DNA from: Octopus sinensis
Lineage: Eukaryota
Length of the DNA stretch: 64,000 bases
Reading direction: 5' to 3'
NCBI RefSeq assembly: GCF_006345805.1
Contig: NC_043022.1
Span: 2,046,001-2,110,000 of the forward strand
Each line of letters begins with the position of its first letter. Position 1 is the first letter of the stretch. The notes beneath the pieces were generated by a model that ran no database searches, was not told where the DNA came from, and saw only the letters and a program-made list of their open reading frames with translations. Both the position numbers and the translations under genes were made by a program. Shown here one piece after another: positions 24,035 through 36,374 of the stretch.

Positions 24035-24480
24035 ACTTGGATATCACGAAAGCCAAGTTACCCCAAACTATGATAGTCTTTGGGTGTGACATCATGCCAC
24101 CCTGCATCTTTGGACAGGGCCTTAGGCTCATTTTGGATGGCTGTGTGAAGCTGCAAGAGACCGTATTCAAACCCTGGCTGGAGGGGTTGCTGCTGGAAGA
24201 CCACATGTGTGGCAGAAGGATTTGGGTCCTTGCCATACCTCTGGAAAGAGTAAAATGGTTGTTGGAGAATTTCTACAGCTTCACCAACCCCACTTTCTGG
24301 TCTCTTAATTCCCCTCCGATTGTAATTACTGTTGGTTGGGCACGGCTGAGTAAGATACCAACTGCCCTGCTTGCACTACCGAAGCTGAGTTGGTGGTCCA
24401 GATTAAGGACGTGTTTAACCCGTTTGACACTGGGACAACCATAACTGCCTCTCCGAAATAAGTCTGAAAACTTCTGGGAT
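24035..24480 (+). mobile_element. maT/DD37D-type Tc1-mariner transposase C-terminal fragment
   Basis: Across frameshifts: MPPCIFGQGLRL, KPWLE, AGRPHVWQKD, PCHTSGKS, WLLENFYSFTNPTFW..NSPDCN. Confidence 0.8.
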
Positions 24481-24679
24481 GCACCTCGTGTGTGTTTAAG
24501 ACAATATGTATTAAGAAGAACAGAGGAAGGACAAAGTTTAATGCTTCAGATGGAAATGAAAAATGTGAACATTTTTGCTTTTCTACTTCACTAATAAATT
24601 ACTCAGCCACTTATATTCATGTCATAATAAATCATCTTCCATAAACAATCACACAAACTTGTAAGAAATCATTCAGTCT

Positions 24680-25510
24680 ATATTTACAAAGTCAGAAAAT
24701 TTACAAAGTAAGAAAACAGCACAGCTCCCATGACTTCAGGAAACATTTTTTCACGCTGAGAGTTGCTGAAGCATGGAACAAACTGCTGGCATCAGTTGTT
24801 GGTTGTCGGAGCACTGCATCCTTCAAAACTTCCATGCTTCCTGAGTCCGTCTGTCTAACACCCGTGGACATGTTTACAAAGTCAGGAAACAGCACAGCTC
24901 CATGACTTTAGGAAACATTTTCTCACGCTGAGAGTCGCTGAAGCATAGAACAAACTGCCGGCATCAGTGTTAGTTGTCGAGCACTGCATCCTTCAAAACT
25001 TCCATGCTTCCTGAGTTCCGTCTGTCTAACACCCGTGGACATGTTTACAAAGTCAGGAAACAGCACAGCTCCCATGACTTTAGGAAACATTTTCTCACGC
25101 TGAGAGTCGCTGAAGCATGGAACAAACTGCCGGCATCAGTTGTTAGTTGTCGGAGCACTGCATCCTTCAAAACTTCCATGCTTCCTGAGTCCGTCTGTCT
25201 AACACCCGTGGACATGTTTACAAAGTCAGGAAACAGCACAGCTCCCATGACTTCAGGAAACATTTTTTCACGCTGAGAGTTGCTGAAGCATGGAACAAAC
25301 TGCTGGCATCAGTTGTTCCTGAGATTCGCCAACACTACACCTGATTTTCTCCCCTCCATACACACGTAAGCATGTATCTGACACATACACTGTTCACTTT
25401 CCAGACATTTTTACATTACTGCATGTACTTTATATGCACTTTCTGACAAGTTGTGGTGCACCTGAGCACTGTATACAATAATTTCATTATTATTATTATT
25501 ATATTATTAT
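24680..25510 (+). mobile_element. CR1-like LINE 3' end with an ~172-bp tandem reiteration
   Basis: RGHVYKVRK..FRKHF.TLRVAEAWNKLP motif repeated; units start 24847, 25018 and 25191; (ATT)n tail at about 25487-25510. Confidence 0.85.
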
Positions 25511-25629
25511 TATATCTATACACAAATATCTCATCTTTCATCGTCCACTCATTTCGTATCACCGACATATAATGCCGAGATTTTAAGATAATTTTTCCAA
25601 TTCATTTTAGTTTATACAATTCTATATTT

Positions 25630-25880
25630 AAGAGATGAGGAATTATGTACATTATTTACATATTTGTCCTCATCTTGTTTGTTGTTAACGTTTCGGCTGA
25701 TATACCCTCCAGCCTTCATCAGGTGTCTTGGGGAAATTTCGAACCTGGGTTCTCATTCCTAAGGTATTTTTCAATGTTATTATTATTGTTATTATTATTC
25801 AGGTCACTGCCCAGAATTGAATCCTTGAATCTTGGGATTAGTAGCCCGCGCTCTTAACCACTACGCCATATGCCGGTGGG
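25630..25880 (-). mobile_element. tRNA-headed SINE-like element containing a hammerhead core
   Basis: A box TGGCGTAGTGG (25868-25858), B box-like GGATTCAATTC (25824-25814), CTGATGA..GAAAC at 25722-25690. Confidence 0.7.
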
Positions 25881-26004
25881 CATATTTTAGTTTATTTTAT
25901 GGCCACAAAACGAAGGAATACCATTTATCATCAATACAGTTATTATAATCTGCATATTTGAAAATCTATCTCTATCAAATTCTTTGAGAAATGTTCATTA
26001 TTAA

Positions 26005-26403
26005 GGTACTACTTAAGAACAGTGGTCCCGGTGCGTGCACTCGTGTACTCGTGCTAGCTAGTCGTGACTAGTCGATCCTACAACGACTACCTAGCAAAGG
26101 GATCTTTTCCTTTTGAAGGCCAGATTTCAACACAATTTCTAGTTAACTAAACACTTTAAGACTTTGTATCCTGGTAGAATGTGTTTATAAAACATCATTT
26201 TTTCTGGGCTTTATTGAGAAAATTCTATAGGTTGTAAGATATTTCGTCTGAAAAAGGAAAAAATCCTAGCAAAGTAAATAAAACACAAAGTAAATATTTT
26301 TTTAAACAAAGTAAATAAAAAAACACAAAGGATCGACTAGTCACGACTAGCTAGCGCGGATGCGCGAGTACGCGCACCAGGACCACTCTTCTTAAGTAGT
26401 ACC
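26005..26403. mobile_element. MITE with ~75-bp TIRs
   Basis: GGTACTACTTAAGAA.AGTGGTCC.GGTGCG...GACTAGTCGATCCT at both ends, inverted. Confidence 0.88.
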
Positions 26404-26494
26404 GAATCAAGTACCCTGACACCCTAATATGCTGCAAATCCCTTATTTGGGTCGGTAAAAGGGGTGGGAAAGGAGGATATATTTAATAATGAAT

Positions 26495-27553
26495 GAAGGC
26501 GGCAAGCTGGCAGAGTGATTAGCAGGCCGGGCGAAATGCTTAGCGGTATTTCGTCTGCCGTTACGTTCTGAGTTCAAATTCCGCCGAGGTCGACTTTGCC
26601 TTTCATCCTTTCGGGGTCGATAAATTAAGTACCAGTTATGCACTGGGGTCGATGTAATCGACTTAGTCCCTTGTTTGTCCCCTCTATGTTTAGCCCCTTG
26701 TGGGTAGTAAAGAAATATATATTTAATAACGAACCATGTAATTCACATTGTGGAAAATTGATTTCTGTAAAATATTTTTTTTTCTTAAACCCACAAAATA
26801 TGGTCTATAAATGGAGGATGTTTTTGAAAGATACTATATTTTATCATCAGATTATATATAGGTGCAGGAGTGGCTGTGTGGTAAGTAGCTTGTTTACCAA
26901 CCACATGGTTCGGGTTCAGTCCCACTGCGTGGCACTTGGGCAAGTGTCTTCTGCTATAGCCTCGGCGCCCAAAGCCTTGTGAGTGGATTTGGTAGATGGA
27001 AACTGGAAGAAGCCCGTCGTATATATGTATATATATATATAATATATATATGCATGTGTGTGTGGTTGTGTGTCTGTGTTTGTCCCCCTAGCATTGCTTG
27101 ACAACCGATGCTGGTGTGTTTATGTCCCCCATTACTTCAGTTCAGCAAAAGAGACCGATAGATAGAATAAGTACTGGGCTTACAAAAGAATAAGTCCGGG
27201 GTCGAGTTGCTCGATTAAAAGGCGGTGCTCCAGCATGGCCGCAGTCAAATGACTGAAACAAGTAAAAGAGTATACATTCTCACACAGCAATTAAGATATA
27301 TTTACTTTAATTCGTTCATCTTTCTCACCCCCCCCCATTCACAAAATTAGTTTGGGCACGATTTTTAATTTGATTTTCCTTAGGCGCAGGAGTGGCTGTG
27401 TGGTAAGAAGCCTGCTAAAGAACCATAAGGTTCCGGGTTCAGTCCCATTGCGTGGCACCTTGGGCAAGTGTGTTCAACTATAGCCTCACGCTGACCAAAG
27501 CCTTGTGAGTGGATTTGGTAGACGGAAACTGAAAGAAGCCCGTCGTATATATG

Positions 27554-27584
<31 letters not shown>

Positions 27585-27657
27585 TTGTGTGTCTGTGTTT
27601 GTCCCCCCCCCCAATATCGCTTGACAACCGATGCTGGTGTGCTTACGTCCCTGTAAC
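26495..27657 (+). mobile_element. SINE B (26495-26715), SINE A (26860-27270), SINE A cut by the gap (27382-27657)
   Basis: Similarity to other copies. Confidence 0.88.
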
Positions 27658-27757
27658 NNNNNNNNNNNNNNNNNNNNNNNNNNNNNNNNNNNNNNNNNNN
27701 NNNNNNNNNNNNNNNNNNNNNNNNNNNNNNNNNNNNNNNNNNNNNNNNNNNNNNNNN
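27658..27757. other. Assembly gap (100 N)
   Basis: Run of N; true distance and continuity across the gap are unknown. Confidence 1.
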
Positions 27758-28520
27758 ATCACCACAACCACTACCACCACAACCACCACCACCACAATCA
27801 CCACAACCACTACCACCACAACCACTACCACCACCACAATCACCACAACCACTACCACCACAACCACCACCACCACCACCACAATCACCACAACCACTAC
27901 CACCACCACAATCGCCACAACTACTACCACCACCACAATCACCACAACCACTACCACCACAACCACCACCACCACCACCACAATCACCACAACCACTACC
28001 ACCACTACCACCACCACCACAACCACCACCACCTCCACCACCACCACGACCACCACGACCACCACGACTACGACCACCACCAGCACCACCACCACCACCA
28101 CCTTCGTTATCATCTTCAACGACATCACCACCACCACCACCACCACCACAATCACCACAACCACTACCACCACAACCATTACCACCACCACAATCATCAC
28201 AACCACTACCACCACAACCACCACCACCACCACCACCACAATCACCACAACCACTACCACCACAACCACCACCACCACCACAATCACCACAACCACCACC
28301 ACCACCACAATCATCACAACCACTACCACCACCACAATCGCCACAACCACTACCACCACTACCACCACCACCACCACAATCACCACAACCACTACCACCA
28401 CAACCACCACCACCACCACAACCACCACCACCACCACAATCACCACAACCACTACCACCACCACAATCACCACAACCACCACCACCACTACAACCACTAC
28501 CACCACCACCACCACCACAA
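27758..28520. repeat. (CAC/AAC/TAC)n trinucleotide array
   Basis: Direct inspection. Confidence 0.98.
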
Positions 28521-28866
28521 TGAACAACGACATTCACAGCTTATCAAGCAGAGTTGACTCAAACCAGCTAATTAGAGACAAACGACACCTTTAATTACAA
28601 AATGACTAATTGGTATTTTGACAAACAGTTGTCATCCATTTACACCGTCTCAACTAACGACATACCTTGTCTATGATACCTCCCGTCATTCTTTAACCAT
28701 TATTCAGCACATCACTCACAGCTTGCTCACTTGAACCCTGTTCTAGACTTAAGCAACACCAACAACACCAACAACAACAACAACAAGCTTAAAATGGACT
28801 CAGACTTGACAGAGTTCCAAAAGGCAAAAAAAAAATATAAAATAAAAATATAAAGGAAGTCAAGAC

Positions 28867-29032
28867 AGGCGCAGGAGTGGCTGTGTGATAAGTAGCTTGC
28901 TTACCAACCACATGGTTCCGGGTTCAGTCCCACTGTGTGACACCTTGGGCAAGTGTCTTCTGCTATAGCCCCGGGCCGACCAATGCCTTGTGAGTGGATT
29001 TGGTAGATGGAAACTGAAAGAAGCCTGTCGTA

Positions 29033-29074
<42 letters not shown>

Positions 29075-29300
29075 TGTGTGTGTATATGTTTGTGTGTCTG
29101 TGTTTGTCCCCCTAGCATTGCTTGACAACCGATGCTGGTGTGTTTACGTCCCCGTCACTTAGCGGTTCGGCAAAAGAGACCGATAGAATAAGTACTGGGC
29201 TTACAAAAGAATAAGTCCCGGGGTCGAGTTGCTCGATTAAAGGCGGTGCTCCAGCATGGCCGCAGTCAAATGACTGAAACAAGTAAAAGAGTAAAAGAGA
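28867..29300 (+). mobile_element. SINE family A, full length
   Basis: As 12482-12885. Confidence 0.92.
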
Positions 29301-29439
29301 GAGTGACTGTAGAATGGCCGTGAGAGGAGAATCAAGCGATTTTATTGTTAGAGATATGGGAGAGAGGAATCCCAAAGACCCAGTATTAGGCACGTGGACA
29401 GTATGGACATTTACAACAAATACACTGTGAACACTTCTA

Positions 29440-29631
29440 GCACAAACACTACTACCTCCTCTACTACTACCACCACCAACAACAACACTATTACTATTAC
29501 TACCACCATGACCACTACAACCAACACTACTACTACTACTACCATGGCCACTACAGCCACCACCACCAACACTATTACTACTACTACTACCATGGCCACC
29601 ACAACCACCACCACCAACACTACTACTACTT

Positions 29632-29663
<32 letters not shown>

Positions 29664-30031
29664 GCTACTACTACTACTACTACTACTAGTACTACTGCTG
29701 CTGCTGTTGCAGTAACCTCTGCTAAGGCTTATACTAAGGCCACTACAGCTAATAACAACACTAAATGAATTCAATTCTCATTGTAAGCACTGTTACAATA
29801 GCCTGCCACCATTCATCATCATCATCACCATCATTTTCGCTATCTCCACCACCACCACTATCATACACACACACACACAATGGTCTTGTTTTAGTTTCTG
29901 TCTACCAAATCCACTAACAAGGGTCAGCCAGTGGCTGTAGCAGAAAAGAGTTTCTCATGGTGAAGATAGACCAACAGACAGACGGACGTACAGACAGACA
30001 GACAAACAGATAGACAGACAGACAGACAGAC

Positions 30032-30101
<70 letters not shown>

Positions 30102-30130
30102 GCAGACAGAGAGACAGACAGACAGACAGC

Positions 30131-30166
<36 letters not shown>

Positions 30167-30218
30167 TAGACAGATAGATAGATAGATAGGCAGACAGAGA
30201 GACAGACAGACAGACAGC

Positions 30219-30250
<32 letters not shown>

Positions 30251-30352
30251 TAGATAGACAGATAGATAGATAGATAGGCAGACAGATGTCTATGAAAGTT
30301 ATGTTGATGACATTTAAATTATATCAATTTTCTTTCCTTTTCTCTCTCTCTC

Positions 30353-30415
<63 letters not shown>
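29440..30415. repeat. Microsatellite cluster: (TAC/CAC)n, (GATA/GACA)n, (CT)n
   Basis: 29440-29765, 29965-30290 and 30340-30415. Confidence 0.95.
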
Positions 30416-30416
<1 letters not shown>

Positions 30417-30724
30417 TAATTCTTGGCAACCATTAAAAAATTTCTAGAGGTCTAAATTCTTAACCATCCACTGTCATTTCGTTGATGGTATTTGGCAACT
30501 CTGCAACGGTAATGGTTCCCTTTTAACTTAGCACATTTAACTTACCAAGTTAAAAACCTAACAAATCACCGACATTTCTCCATTAACTTCCATTTACTTA
30601 GATCTAACCTTTTTATCCATCTTCAATGAAGCAAAAAGAATTCATCTTTCTATTTCCAGCATCTTCAATCAATCACAAGGTTTATCAAACATTCTTTTAA
30701 CAATCGCCCGAATCCTTGACAAAT

Positions 30725-31235
30725 GTCTTTGATTGATTAAAACGCTTCTATGAATAACGACCATCAGTGACAACTGCGTTGGCTCACTCACCAAGCCATG
30801 GTGTCTATCTAAGCTGTGTGTTGATTGGTTAAAATATTTGTATTAATAAGACACTGAAAGTGTTAAATGGGTTGGCATGCTCACCAAGCCATGACATCTA
30901 AAGCAGATGTTGATTGGCTAAAATGTTTCTATGAATAAGATACTGAAAATGTCGGCTGTATTGCTATGCTCACCAAGCCATGACATCTAAGCTGTATTCT
31001 GATTGGCCAAAATGTTTCTAGGAATAAGATACTGAAAATGTCAACTGTGTCGGTATGCTCACCAAGCCATGACACCTAAGCTGTATGCTGATTAGTTGAA
31101 ATGCTTCTATGAATAAAATGGTGAAAGAGTCAAAACTGGGCTGGCACGCTCACTAAACCATGACATCTAAGCCATATGCTGATTGGTTAAAATATTCCTA
31201 TAAATAAGACACTGTCACAGTCAACTGCATTGGAA
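30725..31235. repeat. Diverged ~90-bp minisatellite, 5 units plus a partial unit
   Basis: ctcac(c/t)aa(g/a)ccatg recurs at 30787, 30880, 30969, 31058 and 31149. Confidence 0.92.
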
Positions 31236-31331
31236 TTTGAACTCAGAACGTGAAGATCTGCAAAATACCACTAAATATTTTGTCCAGCATGCTAATGATT
31301 CTGCCAGCTCAGCACCTTGCCTTTAGTAGTA

Positions 31332-31369
<38 letters not shown>

Positions 31370-31474
31370 TTTTTTCTAATTTTGCAACAAAGCTAGCAGA
31401 TTTGAAGGGAAGGGGACAGACGTACAGACAGATACACTGCTCCCCCACCCCCCAGTGCTTGACAAGAACTCAGC

Positions 31475-32305
31475 TCAGTGGTTGGATGCCGACAAAGCTC
31501 CACGGCACTTCCCAAAACCAGAGTTGCACCAAAAGAAGGTCATGGTGACTGTTTCATGGTCTGGGGCCAGTCTAATCCATTACAGCTTTTTGGATCCAGG
31601 CGAAACCATTATGGCGGAGAAGTACTGTCAGCAAATGGATGAAATGCAAAAGAAACTCCGACAAGAACAGCCAGCATTGGTCAATAGAAAATGACCAATT
31701 CTTCTCCACGACAACGCTCAGCCACATGTTGCACAACTGACCCTGCAGAAGTTGAATGAATTGGGCTACGAAACTCTGCCTCATCTGCCATACTCACCAG
31801 ACCTCTCGCCTACCGACTACCACTTTTTCGAGCATCTCGACAATTTCCTGCGTGAAAAATTCTTCAAAAACCAAGACGATGCCAAACACGCCTTCAACGA
31901 CTTCATCGCCACCAGAACGCAGCATTTTTACGCTACTGGCATAAATAAACTTGTTTCGCGTTGGTAAAAGTGTGTTGATTCTGATGGTGTTTATTTTGAT
32001 GAATACAGTTTTGTTTGAGCCGAGATATGTGCATCTGAATTTAACCCTTTAGTGTTCAGATTATTCAATCAAACATAATGCTTATTGATTCCCATTGATT
32101 TGAATTAATCGTGCATTATCTCATATCTTCAAGATCTTGATGGTGTAATTACTTAATGTAGAATAACATTGTAGGGTAGGTGTGAGAGCCTGGATCTGGT
32201 CAGTTTGAACATAAAACAGATTAACTATTTTGGCCAGATATGGCCGGTTTAAATACTAAAGGGTTAAAGGTTAAAAACCGCAAGAACTTTCTTGACAACC
32301 TTAAT
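31475..32305 (+). mobile_element. mariner (DD34D) 3' half with 3' TIR
   Basis: HDNA...YSPDLSPTDY with 34-residue D-D spacing; two stops and no frameshift; TIR AAAAACCGCAAGAACTTTCTTGACAACCTTAA-TA at about 32273-32305. Confidence 0.93.
32041..32267. mobile_element. piggyBac-like MITE nested in the mariner
   Basis: TTAA-CCCTTTAGT ... ACTAAAGGG-TTAA. Confidence 0.88.
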
Positions 32306-32912
32306 ATATATATGTGTGTGTGTGTCTGTCTGTTTGTCCCTCTACCATTGCTTGACGACCAATGTTGGATTGTTTTACTTCCTTATAAGCTAGCAGTTCG
32401 GCAAAAAGGGACTGATAAATAAGTACTAGGCTTACAAAGAATAAGTCCTGGGGGTTGATTTGTTCGACTAAAAGGTGGTGCTCCAGCATGGCCGCAGTCA
32501 AATGACTGAAACAAGTAAAAGAATAAAACAATAAACATCGGGAATTAAACCATTTGTTTCAATCAAAGAATCCTTGTTGCTCTCCAATACCAGTAAATTC
32601 TTTGACAATTTAATAAGAATCTCCTGGTTTTCGGCACACTTTCTATTCAGACAGCCCCTTGTTTCTGTGTTTGGCCTTTTTTTTTTTCTTTCAAGGTGAT
32701 GTTATGTATCTACATCTATGGCATTTCATAATTGCTTTCCTTAAGGACTGACAGAAGTATTTCTAACGAGTTTCGCTTTGTTTGTTTCCTTTTTTTTTGT
32801 TTTTTGTGTGTGTTTTTATGCCAATTTTCTTCATTCACTTTGAACTTAAATCACACAAAACTGGGTCACCTCCTTGAAACATTTCAAAAAGCGATACAAC
32901 TACTAAAGACTA

Positions 32913-32947
<35 letters not shown>

Positions 32948-33054
32948 ACTGCTACTACAACCACCACCACCAAAGAGGAGGAAATTAATTATTATTTGCC
33001 ATTACTAGGATTTCTCCAACAGGAAATGCAAAGCAAAATGACATACATAAACAC

Positions 33055-33230
33055 GTGTGTATATATATGTGTGTATATGTGTATATATATATAATATATA
33101 GATATACATATATATATATATATATATAATATATATACAAATATATATATATACATATTATATATATACATATATATGTATATACATATATATATATATA
33201 CATAGATATGTATATACAATATATATACAG

Positions 33231-33270
<40 letters not shown>

Positions 33271-33583
33271 TAATATATAATATATACAATATATATATAT
33301 ATATATATATACATATTATGTATATATATATATATATATATGTGTTGTATATATATATATGTGTGTATATAGATATATATATATATATATATATATGCTA
33401 TATATATATATATATATATATACATATATATATGGTATATATATATATATATATATAACATATATATATATGTATATATATATATATACTATATATATAT
33501 GTATATATATATATATACATATATATGTATATATATACTATATATTATATATATTATATATATATATACATATATATGTATAT

Positions 33584-33630
<47 letters not shown>

Positions 33631-33783
33631 TATATTATATTATATATATATATAATATATATAATATATATATATATATATATAACACAATATATATATA
33701 TATACACACACATTATATATATATATATATATATATTACATATATATATATACATAATATATAAATATATATATATATATATA

Positions 33784-33831
<48 letters not shown>

Positions 33832-33880
33832 TATACACACATATATATATTACATGAATATATATATATGCATATGTATA
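33055..33880. repeat. Long (AT)n microsatellite
   Basis: Direct inspection. Confidence 0.99.
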
Positions 33881-34166
33881 TGTTATTTTTTTCCTTTTTA
33901 TTTATTTATGTTTGTTTTTGTTTCCCTAAGACTTCACTATTTACAAGGATTGGATGTTATGCCATGCACAACAAATGAAGAAGAGGAGGAAAGAGTGGAA
34001 GGAGAAGAAGGAGGAGGAAGAAGAAGAAGAAGAAGAAGAAGAAGAAGGGGAAGAGGAGGAGGAGGAGGAACAGGAGGGAGTGGAGATAAATACCAAGCTG
34101 AAGACAATTTGGCTGGAACTATTTGGAAGCGCATTCAGTAAATCTAATGTACATATATATATATAT

Positions 34167-34578
34167 GGAGAGGCACAATGGCCCAGTGGTTACGGCAGCA
34201 GACTTATGGTCATAGGATCGTGGTTTCGATTCCCAGCCCGGACGTTGTGAGTGTTTATTGAGCGAAAACACCTAAAATCTCCACGAGGCTCCGGCAGGGG
34301 ATGGTGGTGATCCCTACTGTACTCTTTCACCACAACTTTCTCACATTCTTTCTTCCTGTTTCTGTTGTACCTGTATTCCAAAGGGGCCAGCCTTGTCACA
34401 TTCTGTGTCAAGCTGAATCTCCCTGAGAACTACATTAAGGGTACATGTGTCTGTGGAGTGCTCAGCCATGTGCACATTAATTTCACAAGCAGGCTGTTCC
34501 GTTGATCGGATCAACTGGAACCTCAGCATCGTAGCCGAGGGCGTACCAAGTATGTATGTATGTATATATATATACATA

Positions 34579-34645
<67 letters not shown>

Positions 34646-34917
34646 TTCGGCAAAAGAGGCCGATAGAATAAGTACTGGGCTTACAAAAGAATAAGTTCCG
34701 GGGTCGAGTTGCTTGATTAAAGGCGGTGCTCCAGCATGGCCGCAGTCAAATGACTGAAACAGCTAAAAGAGTAAAAGAGTATATATATAGGGCATCCAGC
34801 TGTAGAAACTCTGCCAGATCAAATTGGAGTCTGGTGTAACCATCTGGTTCGTCAGACTTCAGTCAAATCGTCGAACCCATGCTAGCATGGAAAGCAGACG
34901 TTAAACGATGATGATGA
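34167..34917 (+). mobile_element. SINE D (34167-34548), SINE A 3' half (34645-34780), RTE tail (34790-34917)
   Basis: Similarity to other copies. Confidence 0.88.
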
Positions 34918-34932
34918 TATATATTTATATAT

Positions 34933-35134
34933 ATAAAACTATAATAAGGGTACTGAATGATTACAGCACCAGTCTGCTAGAAATAGACCCCAAATAAATC
35001 CTCACTGTCTATTTTCCTCGCTTACAACCCTATGTAGTGGAGTAATAATCTAAGTGGTTCATAGACCATTTGGGGTCTATTTCTAGCAGACTGGTTTTGT
35101 AGTCATTCAGCACCCTTATTATAATTTTGATATA
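34933..35134. mobile_element. MITE with ~65-bp TIRs in TA context (Tc1/mariner-type)
   Basis: ataataagggt.ctgaatga.taca..accagtctgctagaaatagaccccaaat at both ends, inverted. Confidence 0.88.
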
Positions 35135-35136
35135 AA

Positions 35137-35639
35137 CTAGCAGTATCGCCCGGCGTTGCTCGGGTTTGTAAGGGAAATAACTATATAAGCAATTTTAGAG
35201 AGTTATAGCCAAAAGATAGCAAAAAAATGCATTAAAAATGGAAAAAAAAATGATGGTAATTTTTTTTTTAAATCGTTGACTCATCGTAGACATTTTTAGA
35301 GAGTTACTTTCCCTTATATAATAGCGAAAAAATGCATTAAAAATGGAAAAAAAATGATGGTAAATTTTTTTTTAAATCGTTGACTCATCGTAGACATTTT
35401 TAGAGAGTTACTTCCCTTATATAATAGCGAAAAAATGCATTAAAACGGAAAAAAATTATGGTAAATTTTTTTTTAAATCGTAGACTCATCGTAGACGCAC
35501 ACTAATACCTAGAAGGGCTCGATATGAATCACAACTATAAGATACCCGGGTTTGGTTAAACTGCATCGCAAAATGTGGGAGTAGTTAGGAATCTAAATCG
35601 TAGGAGACAGACACACAACCTCTCTTTTATATATAAAGA
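35137..35639 (-). mobile_element. Non-autonomous Helitron A with three internal ~87-bp tandem units
   Basis: CTAG end with hairpin, TC start; aaaaaatgcattaaaa..gg unit repeated. Confidence 0.9.
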
Positions 35640-36109
35640 TTAACCATTATGGCATTTTTACTCTGCTGGCCACTGATAAATCATTAAATAATGATTTTAT
35701 CCTAATTCTGTAGAAAAATATATATAAATACTTTTACTAAAGCTGCAAAATTATCTCAAAGCTGTAACTGAGAGTTTTCATCAAAACTGTCTGACGAACG
35801 GACGGACACATACAATCTGAGCAACAGTTTTTGAGGTAACTTTGCAGGCTTAATTGACCCCTTTTTATCCAAAATGTCGGGTCTTGTGCCTAGGGTAGAA
35901 AAGAATTTTGCAGGTTTAATAAAGACAAATTACCCTACCTTTGGTATTTGAATACTATATTTGCCACCCTGTTTTGCACTTATGTACTCACCTGTATGTA
36001 TGTGTGTGTGCATGTGTGTGTGTGTGCATGTGTGTGTGTGTGTATCTTTTACTTGTTCCAGTCATTAGACTGTGGCCAGGTTGGGGCATCACTAAACCTT
36101 TTTTTTAAA

Positions 36110-36295
36110 ATTTTCTGTCTCTGTTTATTTCTGTGTCCCTTTCTGTTGAAGAGCATAGGCTCGAAACGTAAAAGACTTTCTCACTTCCTGAGCATTAAAC
36201 TAATACATCTGTTGTCTACACATGTCTTCGTCTTTTGTTTTGTTCATTTTTGTTTTTGTTTTTTGTTTTTTGATAAATTCCAACTATATCTCTAT
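36110..36295 (+). mobile_element. Penelope-like pLTR remnant with a hammerhead-like motif
   Basis: CTTT-CTGTTGA-A-GAGC-ATAG-GCTC-GAAA-C-GTA-AAAG at 36139-36174; same family at 63130-63368. Confidence 0.6.
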
Positions 36296-36343
36296 ATATA
36301 ATTGATAATATCACGGTAATAAAGATTTTAGAAATTTTTACTC

Positions 36344-36374
<31 letters not shown>

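Noticed and set aside
24680-31235. Regularly spaced repeats as a possible CRISPR array
   Set aside because: The units are contiguous tandem repeats without unique spacers, there are no cas genes, and the context is eukaryotic
33954-34141. Acidic/Arg-rich ORFs as an exon
   Set aside because: Produced by a (GAA/GGA)n tract; the flanks show no recognisable domain
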